A stretch of DNA of 32,000 bases from an uncultured beta proteobacterium (GTDB lineage Bacteria; Pseudomonadota; Gammaproteobacteria; Burkholderiales; Burkholderiaceae_C). Position numbers and translations under genes: made by a program. The stretch is from NCBI GenBank assembly GCA_903828665.1, contig CAIKMZ010000023.1, positions 1 to 32,000 on the forward strand, read 5' to 3'. Positions 5,727 to 14,671 of this stretch are shown one piece after another; positions within the stretch are counted from its first letter, which is position 1, and each line of letters begins with the position of its first letter. The notes under the pieces are model-generated. The model made no database searches. It saw nothing but the letters and a program-made list of their open reading frames with translations, and was not told where the DNA came from.

Positions 5727-7610
5727 CTACTCCACGGTGACGCTCTTGGCCAGGTTGCGCGGCTTGTCGACATCAGTGCCGCGCGCACAGGCCGTGTGAT
5801 AAGCCAGCAGTTGCAGCGGCACGACGTGCAGCAATGGTGACAACTCACCGTAGTGCTCAGGCATGCGGATCACATGCAGGCCTTCACCGCTCTCGATCCT
5901 GGTGTCGGCATCGGCCAGCACATAGAGCACGCCACCGCGGGCGCGCACTTCGTGCATGTTGCTCTTGAGCTTTTCCAGCAAGGCGTCATTGGGCGCCACC
6001 GTGACCACCGGCATGGCGCTGGTGACCAGGGCCAGCGGCCCGTGCTTGAGTTCGCCCGCGGGGTAGGCCTCGGCGTGGATGTAGCTGATTTCCTTGAGCT
6101 TGAGCGCGCCTTCGAGCGCGATCGGGTAATGCAGACCGCGCCCCAGAAAGAGCGCGTTGTCCATCTTGGCAAAGTCTTCGGACCAGACGATCACCTGGGG
6201 TTCGAGCGCCAGCACCGCTTGCAGCGCGGCGGGCAGATGGCGCATGGCCTTGAGGTGGCGCGCTTCTTCGTCAGCGCTCAGGCGTCCCTTAGCCTGGGCC
6301 AGCGCCAGCGTCAACAGGAAGAGGCCGGCAAGCTGCGCCGTGAACGCTTTGGTGGAGGCCACGCCGATCTCGATGCCGGCGCGCGTGATGTAGGCCAGTT
6401 CGCACTCGCGCACCATGGCGCTGCTGGCCACGTTGCAGATGGTCAATGTGTGCGTCATGCCCAGGCTTTGCGCATGGCGCAATGCGGCCAGTGTGTCGGC
6501 CGTCTCGCCCGACTGCGTGATGGTGACCACCAGCGTGCGCGGGTTGGGGACGGAGTCGCGGTAGCGGTATTCGCTGGCCACTTCCACCTGCGTTGGGATC
6601 TTGGCGATGCTCTCGAGCCAGTACTTGGCCGTGCAGCCGCTGTAGTAGCTGGTGCCGCAGGCCAGGATCAGGACCGAGTCGATCTCCTGGAAGACGCGCG
6701 CGGCGTTCAGCCCGGGTGCGTGATTCATCTCCAGATCGAACAGCTCGGGCACGATGCCATCGACGCCTTCAAGCGTATCGGCGATGGCGCGCGGCTGCTC
6801 GAAGATTTCCTTCTGCATGTAATGCCGATAGGGCCCGAGTTCGGCCGCGCCGCTGTGCGCGATCACGGTCTTGACCGGTCGCTGCTGCGGCGTCACGGGC
6901 TTGTAGTTCTTGTCCACGAGCCAGTACTTGCCCAACTGGATGTCCACCACGTCGCCCTCGTCGAGGTACACGATCTGATCCGTCACACCGGCCAGGGCCA
7001 TGGCGTCGCTGGCCAGAAAGTGCTCCTGCCCGTCCTTGCCGACACCCAGGATCAGCGGTGAGCCTGCGCGCGCGCCGATCAGACGATGCGGCTCGTCCTT
7101 GCAGAATACCGCGATGGCATAGGCGCCATGCAAAGACTTAAGCGCGGCCTTGACGGCTTCAAACAGATCTCCTTCGTACAGGCTCTCGATCAAGTGGGCG
7201 ATAACCTCGGTGTCGGTCTGGCTCTGGAAGACGTAGCCCTTGGCCTGCAGGGCGGTGCGCAGTTCATCGTGGTTCTCGATGATGCCGTTGTGCACCAAGG
7301 CGACACGGCCGGGGCGGCTCGCTGCGTCCGGTCCGGCGCCATGGCTGAAATGCGGGTGCGCATTGTGGACGACTGGCGCACCGTGCGTGGCCCAGCGCGT
7401 GTGGGCAATGCCGGTCGTGCCCTCGAGCCCCGTGGCGGCCACCTGCTCGGCCAGTTCCGCCACGCGCGAGGTGCTGCGCGCGCGCTGCAGCCCGTTGGCC
7501 ACCACCGCCACGCCGCACGAGTCATAGCCGCGGTACTCGAGCCGCTGCAGCCCCTGAACCAGAATGGGAACGATATTGCGGATCGATACCGCGCCGACGA
7601 TGCCACACAT
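5727..7610 (-). CDS. glmS: Glutamine--fructose-6-phosphate aminotransferase (isomerising)
   Basis: The canonical N-terminus MCGIVGAV (Cys nucleophile after Met) fixes the start at 7610, not the ORF-track 7637. SIS domains and the C-terminal KSVTVE are present. Confidence 0.97.
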   Translation of the reverse strand: MCGIVGAVSIRNIVPILVQGLQRLEYRGYDSCGVAVVANGLQRARSTSRVAELAEQVAATGLEGTTGIAHTRWATHGAPVVHNAHPHFSHGAGPDAASRPGRVALVHNGIIENHDELRTALQAKGYVFQSQTDTEVIAHLIESLYEGDLFEAVKAALKSLHGAYAIAVFCKDEPHRLIGARAGSPLILGVGKDGQEHFLASDAMALAGVTDQIVYLDEGDVVDIQLGKYWLVDKNYKPVTPQQRPVKTVIAHSGAAELGPYRHYMQKEIFEQPRAIADTLEGVDGIVPELFDLEMNHAPGLNAARVFQEIDSVLILACGTSYYSGCTAKYWLESIAKIPTQVEVASEYRYRDSVPNPRTLVVTITQSGETADTLAALRHAQSLGMTHTLTICNVASSAMVRECELAYITRAGIEIGVASTKAFTAQLAGLFLLTLALAQAKGRLSADEEARHLKAMRHLPAALQAVLALEPQVIVWSEDFAKMDNALFLGRGLHYPIALEGALKLKEISYIHAEAYPAGELKHGPLALVTSAMPVVTVAPNDALLEKLKSNMHEVRARGGVLYVLADADTRIESGEGLHVIRMPEHYGELSPLLHVVPLQLLAYHTACARGTDVDKPRNLAKSVTVE

Positions 7611-7883
7611 TGAAGACTCCAAAAGTAAGATCACCAATGGTAGAAGGCTTTGCTAGAAATATGCATCCGACTTTTCACGATTAACGATGCAATATTTCAT
7701 CTATAGATTTTATTATATATAAATTCCAATTGCGTTACTATATTGAAATATAATTTCATTATCTTTGAGTTGTGCCGCATAGGTGCTAACCCGCTAACGT
7801 CGTGCGGCGTATGTTGTTAGCATTAAATTTCTTGTTGCGGGCCTGTGCATCCGTCAACACAACTGGGATAGCCGGAGGGCGAA
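7611..7883. promoter_or_regulatory. Divergent promoter region with a very AT-rich core (about 7640-7790)
   Basis: 273-nt spacer between the glmS and livG-like start codons. It contains runs such as TTTTATTATATATAAATTCC and ATATTGAAATATAATTTCATTATC, in sharp contrast to the flanking GC-rich genes. Confidence 0.5.
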
Positions 7884-8657
7884 TTGTCAGCGGAGTACAT
7901 TCTTGAAACACGGAGTTTGACCAAGGAATTCAGGGGATTCGTGGCGGTCAATCAGGTCAACCTGAAGGTCCGGCGCGGCCATATCCACGCCCTGATCGGC
8001 CCGAACGGGGCCGGCAAGACCACCTTCTTCAACCTGCTGACCAAATTCCTGCATCCGACGAGTGGCAGCATCGTCTTCAACGACGTCGACATCACGACCG
8101 AGCAGCCGGCCCAGACGGCACGGCGCGGCATTGTGCGCTCGTTCCAGATCTCGGCGGTGTTCCCGCACATGACGGTGCTGGAGAATGTGCGCGCCGCCCT
8201 GCAGCGCAACCTGGGCACCTCATTTCACTTCTGGAAGGCCGAGAGCACGCTGACACCGCTGCACGCTCGGGCCCACGAACTGCTGGCCGCAGTCGACCTG
8301 CAGGACTTCGCCGACGAACTGACGGTCAACCTGCCTTACGGCCGCAAGCGCGCCCTGGAACTGGCCACGACGCTCGCGCTGGAGCCTGAACTGATGCTGC
8401 TGGACGAACCGACGCAAGGCATGGGCCACGAGGATGTCGACCGCGTGACGCAGCTGATCAAGAAAGTCTCCAGCGGACGCACCATCCTGATGGTGGAGCA
8501 CAACATGAACGTGGTGGCATCGATCGCCGACCGCATCACGGTCCTGCAGCGCGGCACCATCATCGCGGACGGCCCCTACACCGAGGTCTCGCGCAACCCG
8601 TTGGTGATCGAGGCCTACATGGGCAGCGCCAATACCGAATTGGTCGGAGCGCACTGA
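7884..8657 (+). CDS. livG: Branched-chain amino acid ABC transporter ATP-binding protein (LivG type)
   Basis: Walker A GPNGAGKTT, LivG-type C-terminus (VIEAYMG). TTG start with a GGAGG Shine-Dalgarno 5 nt upstream. Confidence 0.9.
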   Translation: MSAEYILETRSLTKEFRGFVAVNQVNLKVRRGHIHALIGPNGAGKTTFFNLLTKFLHPTSGSIVFNDVDITTEQPAQTARRGIVRSFQISAVFPHMTVLENVRAALQRNLGTSFHFWKAESTLTPLHARAHELLAAVDLQDFADELTVNLPYGRKRALELATTLALEPELMLLDEPTQGMGHEDVDRVTQLIKKVSSGRTILMVEHNMNVVASIADRITVLQRGTIIADGPYTEVSRNPLVIEAYMGSANTELVGAH

Positions 8658-8660
8658 TGG

Positions 8661-8739
8661 CCCCCACGCTCGGCACTAACGTGTCCTCGCTGCCCCCCGA
8701 CGGGGCTAATTTTCCTCGGGGCGGCCCGTCGGAAAATTT
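8661..8739 (-). repeat. REP-like ~80-nt intergenic repeat, copy 1 (inverted relative to copy 2)
   Basis: The reverse complement of 8661-8739 aligns with 13150-13229 with one indel on each side and roughly 80% identity by hand alignment. The shared core is GGGCCGCCCC..GAAAATTAGCCCC.TCGGGGGGCAGCG....ACACG..AGTG.C.AGCGTGGGGGC, containing a GCCCC/GGGGGC hairpin. Confidence 0.75.
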
Positions 8740-8740
8740 G

Positions 8741-9445
8741 ATGTCCAAAGAACTCCTGCGCATCGAAGGCTTGCACGCCTGGTATGGCGAATCGCACATC
8801 CTGCATGGCGTCGACCTGTCGGTGCACGAGGGCGAGGTCGTGACCCTGCTCGGGCGCAACGGCGCCGGGCGCACCACCACGCTGCGCGCGATCGTCGGCC
8901 TGACCGGCGCGCGCAAAGGCTCGATCAAGATCAACGGCGTCGAGACCATCAAGCTCGCGCCGCACAAGGTGGCGCACCTCGGACTGGGCTATTGCCCGGA
9001 AGAACGCGGCATCTTTGCCAGCCTGACCGCCGAGGAAAACCTGATGCTGCCGCCGACGCTGGCGAGCGGCGGCATGAGCGTGGCCGAGATCTACACCATG
9101 TTCCCGAACCTGCAGGAACGCGCCGCCAGCCCGGGGACTCGCCTGTCGGGCGGCGAGCAGCAGATGCTGGCCGTCGCGCGCATCCTGCGCACCGGCGCGC
9201 GCCTGCTGCTGCTCGACGAGATATCGGAAGGCCTGGCGCCAGTCATCGTGCAAAAGCTCGCCGAGATGATCCTCACGCTCAAGGCCAAGGGCTACACCAT
9301 CGTGCTGGTGGAGCAAAACTTCCGTTTCGCCGCGCCGCTGGCCGACCGCTTTTATGTCATGGAGCACGGTGCCATCGTCAAGCAATTTGCCCAGCACGAA
9401 CTGAGCCAGAACATGGGCCTGCTGCAGGAATACCTCGGTGTTTGA
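8741..9445 (+). CDS. livF: Branched-chain amino acid ABC transporter ATP-binding protein (LivF type)
   Basis: MSKELLRIEGLHAWYG..., Walker A GRNGAGRTT, signature LSGGEQQM. The ORF-track start at 8657 would translate the REP-like repeat, so ATG 8741 is preferred. Confidence 0.88.
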   Translation: MSKELLRIEGLHAWYGESHILHGVDLSVHEGEVVTLLGRNGAGRTTTLRAIVGLTGARKGSIKINGVETIKLAPHKVAHLGLGYCPEERGIFASLTAEENLMLPPTLASGGMSVAEIYTMFPNLQERAASPGTRLSGGEQQMLAVARILRTGARLLLLDEISEGLAPVIVQKLAEMILTLKAKGYTIVLVEQNFRFAAPLADRFYVMEHGAIVKQFAQHELSQNMGLLQEYLGV

Positions 9446-9516
9446 CGCCGCTGCCGCGCCCGCTCCACCCTTTGATTTTGACCCCGTTTTTTGACACCCA
9501 GCAACCAGGAGATAGC

Positions 9517-10710
9517 ATGAAACTCAAGACTCTCGTCACCGCATTGGCCATTGGATTCGGTGCCGGCGCATTCGCCCAGAACACCGGCCCGGTCCGGATC
9601 GGCTTCATCACCGACATGTCGAGCCTGTATGCCGACATCGACGGCCCCGCCGGCGGTGAAATGATCAAGTGGGCAGCGCAGGATTTTGGCGGCAAGGTGC
9701 TCAACCGCCCGATCGAAGTGCTGACCGCCGACCACCAGAACAAGGCCGACGTCGCCAGTTCCAAAGCGCGCGAATGGATGGACAAGGAAGGTCTGTCCGT
9801 GCTGATCGGCGGCACCAACTCGGGCACCTCGCTGGCCATGAGCAAGGTGGCGATCGAAAAGAAGCGCCCCTTCATCGCCATCGGCGCGGGCTCGGCGCGC
9901 CTGACCAATGAAGACTGCTCGCCCTACACCGTGCACTACGCCTATGACACCGTGTCGCTGGCCAAGGTAGCGGGCACGGCGCTGGTCAAGGCCGGCAACA
10001 AGAGCTGGTACTTCCTGACCGCCGACTATGCGTTTGGCTATTCGCTCGAAAGCGACGCCGCCAACGTCGTCAAGGCCAACGGCGGCACCGTCGCCGGGGC
10101 CGCGCGCCATCCGCTCAACGCATCGGACTTCTCGGCCTTCCTGCTGCAGGCGCAGGCTTCCAAGGCACAGATTCTCGGACTGGCCAACGCAGGCGGCGAC
10201 TTCACCAACGCCATGAAGGCGGCCAAGGAATTCGGCATCACCAAGACCATGAAGGTCGCCGGCCTGCTGGTGTTCATCAATGACGTGCACAGCCTGGGTC
10301 TGGCCAACACGGAAGGCCTGCAACTGGCCGACAGCTGGTACTGGAACCAGGACGACGCCTCGCGCAAGTTCGCCAAGCGCTTCTTCGAAAAATACAAGCG
10401 CATGCCGTCGAGCCTGCAGGCCGCAGACTACTCCGCTGCCGCGAACTACCTCAAGGCCGTGCAGACCGCCGGCACCACCGATTCGGACAAGGTCATGGGC
10501 ACGCTCAAGAGCATGAAGTTCGACGATTTCTACAGCAAGGGTCAGATCCGCGCCGACGGCCGCATGATCCACGACATGTACCTGTTTGAAGTGAAATCGA
10601 GCAAGGACTCCAGCACACCGTGGGATTATTACAAGACCATCGCCAAGATCCCCGGCGAGCAGGCCTTCACCACGGTGGCCGAGTCCAAGTGCGCGCTGCT
10701 CAAGAAGTAA
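9517..10710 (+). CDS. ABC transporter substrate-binding protein (Leu/Ile/Val-binding family)
   Basis: AGGAGA Shine-Dalgarno then ATG at 9517. Signal peptide MKLKTLVTALAIGFGAGAFA/QN. The ORF-track 8992 start is an out-of-context extension overlapping livF. Confidence 0.9.
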   Translation: MKLKTLVTALAIGFGAGAFAQNTGPVRIGFITDMSSLYADIDGPAGGEMIKWAAQDFGGKVLNRPIEVLTADHQNKADVASSKAREWMDKEGLSVLIGGTNSGTSLAMSKVAIEKKRPFIAIGAGSARLTNEDCSPYTVHYAYDTVSLAKVAGTALVKAGNKSWYFLTADYAFGYSLESDAANVVKANGGTVAGAARHPLNASDFSAFLLQAQASKAQILGLANAGGDFTNAMKAAKEFGITKTMKVAGLLVFINDVHSLGLANTEGLQLADSWYWNQDDASRKFAKRFFEKYKRMPSSLQAADYSAAANYLKAVQTAGTTDSDKVMGTLKSMKFDDFYSKGQIRADGRMIHDMYLFEVKSSKDSSTPWDYYKTIAKIPGEQAFTTVAESKCALLKK

Positions 10711-10726
10711 TTTGACCCACCCCTAA

Positions 10727-10748
10727 CCCCGCTCCCCTTGGAGCGGGG
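10727..10748 (+). promoter_or_regulatory. GC-rich stem-loop inside the operon, after the binding-protein gene
   Basis: CCCCGCTCC (10727-10735), loop CCTT, GGAGCGGGG (10740-10748). There is no U-tract, so it is more likely an mRNA stabiliser or partial attenuator than a full terminator. Confidence 0.5.
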
Positions 10749-10764
10749 CTTGACGACAGGCGAC

Positions 10765-11649
10765 ATGGAAATATTCGGCATCCCTTTACAGGCGTTTCTG
10801 GGCCAGTTGCTGCTGGGCCTGGTCAATGGCGCGTTCTACGCCATGCTCAGCCTCGGCCTGGCGGTCATCTTCGGCCTGCTCGGCGTGGTCAATTTCGCGC
10901 ACGGTGCGTTGTACATGCTGGGCGCGTTTGCGGCCTGGATCATGCTCAACAAATTCGGCATCAACTACTGGGGAGCCCTACTGCTGGCGCCGCTCACGGT
11001 AGGCCTGCTCGGCGTCGTGATCGAACGGCTGTTCCTCAAGCATTTGTACAAGCTCGACCCGCTGTACGGCCTGTTGCTGACCTTCGGCCTGGCCCTGATT
11101 TTTGAGGGCATCTTCCGCGAACTGTACGGCGCCTCCGGCCAGAATTACGACGTGCCCGAGCTCCTGTCGGGCGCCACCAACCTCGGTTTCATGGTGCTGC
11201 CGAACTACCGCGCCTGGGTGGTGCTGGTGTCGCTGCTGGTGTGCCTGGGCACCTGGTACCTGATCGAGCGCACGCGTCTGGGCGCCTACCTGCGCGCCGG
11301 CACCGAAAACGCCGCGCTGGTGCAGGCCTTCGGCGTCAACGTGCCCTTGATGGTGATGCTGACCTACGGCGCCGGTGCCGCGCTCGCGGCGCTGGCCGGC
11401 GTGCTGGCCGCGCCCATCATCCAGGTCAATCCGCTGATGGGATCGAACCTGATCATCGTCGTCTTTGCGGTGGTCGTGATCGGCGGCATGGGCTCCATCA
11501 TGGGCTCCATCCTGACCGGGCTGGGCCTGGGCGTGGTCGAGGGCCTGACCCGCGTGTTCTACCCGGAGGCATCGAGCATCGTGGTGTTCGTCATCATGGT
11601 CATCGTCCTCATGTTCCGCCCGGCCGGCCTTTTTGGGAAAGAAGCCTGA
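10765..11649 (+). CDS. livH: Branched-chain amino acid ABC transporter permease (LivH type)
   Basis: MEIFGIPLQAFLGQLLLGLVNGAFYAMLSLGLAVIFG is a typical LivH N-terminus. The ORF-track TTG at 10738 lies inside the stem-loop. Confidence 0.9.
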   Translation: MEIFGIPLQAFLGQLLLGLVNGAFYAMLSLGLAVIFGLLGVVNFAHGALYMLGAFAAWIMLNKFGINYWGALLLAPLTVGLLGVVIERLFLKHLYKLDPLYGLLLTFGLALIFEGIFRELYGASGQNYDVPELLSGATNLGFMVLPNYRAWVVLVSLLVCLGTWYLIERTRLGAYLRAGTENAALVQAFGVNVPLMVMLTYGAGAALAALAGVLAAPIIQVNPLMGSNLIIVVFAVVVIGGMGSIMGSILTGLGLGVVEGLTRVFYPEASSIVVFVIMVIVLMFRPAGLFGKEA

Positions 11650-12612
11650 ATGACAAGCGCCCAAAGACTCATTCGCGTCACCTATGTCGCGCTGCTGATC
11701 CTGGCGCTGCTGGCGCCCGTGCTCGGCCTGTATCCGGTGTTCGTCATGAAGCTGCTGTGCTTCGCCATTTTTGCCAGCGCGTTCAACCTGCTGCTGGGCT
11801 TCACCGGCTTGCTGTCCTTCGGGCATGCGGCCTTCTTCGGCTCGGCCGCCTACATCACAGGCTGGCTGATCAAGTCGCAAAACCTCTCACCCGAGTTGGC
11901 CATCGTGGCCGGCGTCATCGGCTCAGGCCTGATCGGCGGCGTGGTCGGCCTGGTGGCGATCCGGCGCCAGGGCATCTACTTCGCGATGATCACCATGGCG
12001 CTGGCGCAGATGGTGTATTTCGGCTGCCTGCAGGCGCCCTTCACCGGCGGTGAAGACGGACTGCAGGGCGTGCCGCGCGGCGCCCTGTTCGGCATGATCG
12101 CGCTCGAATCCGACACCGCCATGTACTACCTCGTGGTCGCGGTATTCGTGGCGTGCTTTCTGTTCATCTCGCGCATCGTGCATTCGCCGTTCGGGCAGGT
12201 GCTCAAGATGATCCGCGAGAACGAGCCGCGTGCCATCTCGCTGGGCTACCAGGTCGACCGCTACAAGCTGCTGGCCTTTGTGCTGTCGGCCGCGCTGGCC
12301 GGGCTGGCCGGCTCGCTCAAGACACTCGTGATGGGCTTTGCCACGCTGTCCGACGTGCACTGGACGATGTCGGGCGAGGTGATCCTGATGACGCTGCTGG
12401 GCGGCGTGGGCACCTTCTTCGGGCCGGTTTTTGGCGCCGGCATCGTGATCTCGCTGCAGGACATGCTGGCCGACAAGGTCGGCTCCTGGGTCAACGTGAT
12501 CATCGGCGTGATCTTTGTGCTGTGCGTGTTGGCTTTCCGCAAGGGCGTGGTGGGCGAACTGCAGGCCTGGTTGGAGCGCCGCCGGCGCGCGCAATCAGCC
12601 CCCGACGCCTGA
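11650..12612 (+). CDS. livM: Branched-chain amino acid ABC transporter permease (LivM type)
   Basis: ATG immediately follows the livH TGA. Polytopic membrane protein with LivM-like organisation. Confidence 0.9.
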   Translation: MTSAQRLIRVTYVALLILALLAPVLGLYPVFVMKLLCFAIFASAFNLLLGFTGLLSFGHAAFFGSAAYITGWLIKSQNLSPELAIVAGVIGSGLIGGVVGLVAIRRQGIYFAMITMALAQMVYFGCLQAPFTGGEDGLQGVPRGALFGMIALESDTAMYYLVVAVFVACFLFISRIVHSPFGQVLKMIRENEPRAISLGYQVDRYKLLAFVLSAALAGLAGSLKTLVMGFATLSDVHWTMSGEVILMTLLGGVGTFFGPVFGAGIVISLQDMLADKVGSWVNVIIGVIFVLCVLAFRKGVVGELQAWLERRRRAQSAPDA

Positions 12613-12646
12613 CCGGCGTTCCCAAACCACACGGCTTTTCGGGATC

Positions 12647-13147
12647 ATGGACGCGCTGGCCCTTGATGCAACCGATCTGCTGCTGCTCGACCAATTGCAG
12701 ACCGATGCGTCGCGCAGCAACTTGGACCTGGCGGCGCTGGCGCACATTTCACCCCCGACCTGCCTGCGCCGCGTCAAGCGCCTGCGCGATGCCGGACTGA
12801 TCGAGCGTGAGATCGCGGTGCTCAGCGTCGACAAGCTGGCCGCAGTGGTCGGCCACGGGCTGTGCGCCATTGTCGAGATCACCCTGGACCGGCAAGACAA
12901 TGAGGCGCAGGAATCGTTTGAAAAGCGTGTCCTCGTCGACGACGCCGTGCAGCAGTGCTACCGCGTCTCGCCGGGCCCGGACTTCCTGCTGGTGGTGCAT
13001 GCGGCCAACATGCCTGACTATCTGGTGCTGGCGCAGCGGCTGTTCACGGCCGACGCCAATGTGCGCAATGTGAAGACCTTCTTCAGCATCAAGCGCAGCA
13101 AATTCGGCGCCCGCGTGATGCTGCCAGCCAAACCAGTTTTAACCTGA
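12647..13147 (+). CDS. Lrp/AsnC family transcriptional regulator
   Basis: N-terminal HTH (LDATDLLLLDQLQTDASRSNLDLAALAHISPPTCLRRVKRLRDAGLI) plus a C-terminal RAM-like domain. ATG 12647 is chosen over the ORF-track 12515, which overlaps livM. Confidence 0.88.
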   Translation: MDALALDATDLLLLDQLQTDASRSNLDLAALAHISPPTCLRRVKRLRDAGLIEREIAVLSVDKLAAVVGHGLCAIVEITLDRQDNEAQESFEKRVLVDDAVQQCYRVSPGPDFLLVVHAANMPDYLVLAQRLFTADANVRNVKTFFSIKRSKFGARVMLPAKPVLT

Positions 13148-13149
13148 AT

Positions 13150-13229
13150 AAATTTTTCGCCGGGCCGCCCCAAGAAAAATTAGCCCCCTCGGGGGGCAGC
13201 GTAGTACACGAAGTGACAAGCGTGGGGGC
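13150..13229 (+). repeat. REP-like ~80-nt intergenic repeat, copy 2
   Basis: Fills the 84-nt gap between the convergent stops of the Lrp/AsnC gene (13147) and glmU (13232). See copy 1 for the alignment. Confidence 0.75.
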
Positions 13230-13231
13230 TG

Positions 13232-14671
13232 TTATTTGGCGGGGCGTTTCCAGTTCCCCAGGCTGACCTGCTTGCCGCGCGCCACGCTCAGCGCGCCGGG
13301 CGGCGTGTCCTTGGTGATGGTGGAGCCGCCGCCAACCGTGCCGCCGGCACCGATCGTGACCGGCGCCACCAGCACGCAGTTGCTGCCAATGTGGACATCG
13401 GCCTCGATCACGGTGCGGTGCTTGAAGGCGCCGTCGTAGTTGGCCGTGATGCTGCCGGCGCCGTAGTTGACGCGCTCGCCGACCGTGGCGTCGCCCAGAT
13501 AGGCCAGATGGTTGGCCTTGGCGCCCTTGGCCAGTGTCGAATTCTTGACCTCGACGAAATTGCCGATGTGCACCTCGGCCCCGAGCCGTGTGCCCGGGCG
13601 CAGCCGGGCAAAGGGCCCAATCAGCGCGCCGGCCCCGACTTCGATGAAGTTCTTGCTGCCGGGCTTGCCGCCTTCGATATGGGTGAAGGGATGGATCACG
13701 GCGCCCTCGCCGATCGTCGCGTTGGCTATCACGCAGTTGGCACCGATCTTCACGCCCTCGCCCAGTGTCACCTCGCCCTCAAAAATGCAGTTGACGTCGA
13801 TGGCGACGTCCTGTGCGCAGCGCAGCACGCCGCGCACATCAAGCCGCGCCGGATCGGCCAGCCGCACGCCCTGCTCCATCAAGGCGCGCGCCGTGCGCAG
13901 TTGCCAGGCGCGTTCGAGTTCGGCCAATTGCAGCGGGCTGTTGATACCGGCCACCTGCAGCGGGTCGCGGATCCGGTGCGCCAGCACGGGCACGCCATCG
14001 GCCACGGCGAACTTCACGATGTCGGTCAGGTAGTACTCGCCCTGCGCGTTGTTCCGGTCCAGCCGCGCCAGCCAGCGCTTGAGCTGCTGCGCGGGCAGCG
14101 CCATGATGCCGCTGTAGACCTCGGTGATGGCGCGCTGCTGCTCGCTGGCATCCTTCTGCTCGACGATGGCGCGCACCGCCTCGCCGTCGCGCACGATGCG
14201 GCCGTAACCCGTGGGGTCGTCGAAGTCGATGGTCAACAGCGCCAGCTTGTCGCCGCCGCAGGTCGCAATCAGCTGGCCCAGGGTTTCGGCGCGGATCAGC
14301 GGCACATCGCCCGAGAGGATCACCACGATGCCGCCATCGCGCAGCACCGGCACGGCCTGCTGCACGGCGTGCCCGGTGCCGAGTTGCGGCTCCTGGCGCA
14401 CAAAGCTCAGATCGAAACCGGCACCTGCCGCCGGCGCCAGCGCGGCTTCCACTTCAGCTGCACCGTGGCCGCTGATCACGACCACCTGGCGCGCCGACAA
14501 CTGCGCCGCTGTGTCAACCACATGCGCGAGTAGTGCGCGTCCGGCCAAAAGGTGCAACACTTTGGGCAGTCGGCTCTTCATGCGCGTGCCCTTGCCGGCC
14601 GCCATGATCACCACGTCCACGGCGCCCGGCGTTGCAGTGTTTTTGGAAATATCCGTGCTACTTGTATTCAA
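13232..14671 (-). CDS. glmU: Bifunctional UDP-N-acetylglucosamine diphosphorylase / glucosamine-1-phosphate N-acetyltransferase
   Basis: VVIMAAGKGTRM motif and a C-terminal left-handed beta-helix hexapeptide repeat region. The start is uncertain. TTG 14671 has a GGGGA Shine-Dalgarno; GTG 14620 (MDVVIMAAG) is the alternative. The ORF-track 14761 start is unlikely. Confidence 0.9.
   Translation of the reverse strand: MNTSSTDISKNTATPGAVDVVIMAAGKGTRMKSRLPKVLHLLAGRALLAHVVDTAAQLSARQVVVISGHGAAEVEAALAPAAGAGFDLSFVRQEPQLGTGHAVQQAVPVLRDGGIVVILSGDVPLIRAETLGQLIATCGGDKLALLTIDFDDPTGYGRIVRDGEAVRAIVEQKDASEQQRAITEVYSGIMALPAQQLKRWLARLDRNNAQGEYYLTDIVKFAVADGVPVLAHRIRDPLQVAGINSPLQLAELERAWQLRTARALMEQGVRLADPARLDVRGVLRCAQDVAIDVNCIFEGEVTLGEGVKIGANCVIANATIGEGAVIHPFTHIEGGKPGSKNFIEVGAGALIGPFARLRPGTRLGAEVHIGNFVEVKNSTLAKGAKANHLAYLGDATVGERVNYGAGSITANYDGAFKHRTVIEADVHIGSNCVLVAPVTIGAGGTVGGGSTITKDTPPGALSVARGKQVSLGNWKRPAK

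Noticed and set aside
5690-5760. Tn7 / Tn7-like insertion at attTn7
   Set aside because: No TnsA-E-like proteins occur in 5.7 kb and I could not recognise a TGT-terminated end with repeated 22-bp TnsB-type sites. The foreign DNA starts closer to the stop codon than the canonical ~23-bp offset. The unseen left part of the element cannot be excluded.
5853-7061. Long ORFs antisense to or overlapping real genes in the GC-rich part. Examples: 5853-7061, 8615-9397, 9352-10572, 10978-11880, 13391-14533, 14658-15470, 15163-16008, 18939-19814, 23110-24186, 24228-25538, 25265-26320, 27085-28245, 29778-30803.
   Set aside because: They are Arg/Ala/Gly/His-rich and low in complexity. Each lies opposite a gene with clear family motifs. 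This is the expected stop-codon-poor artefact of about 65-70% GC DNA.
7611-7883. glmS ribozyme or other riboswitch in the glmS leader
   Set aside because: The leader is AT-rich with no evident GC-paired pseudoknot core, and the glmS ribozyme is characteristic of Gram-positive bacteria. A covariance-model scan with Infernal would be the decisive test, and I cannot run it.
8657-8740. ATG at 8657 overlapping the livG stop (ATGA-type coupling) as the LivF start
   Set aside because: The extra 28 residues (MAPTLGTNVSSLPPDGANFPRGGPSENL) are encoded by the REP-like repeat that recurs in inverted orientation at 13150-13229. LivF-type proteins start close to the MSKELLRIEGL segment.
8992-9516. 572-aa ORF-track version of the substrate-binding protein
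   Set aside because: The upstream 175 residues overlap livF out of frame and are Arg/Pro-rich. A Shine-Dalgarno plus a signal peptide begins at 9517.
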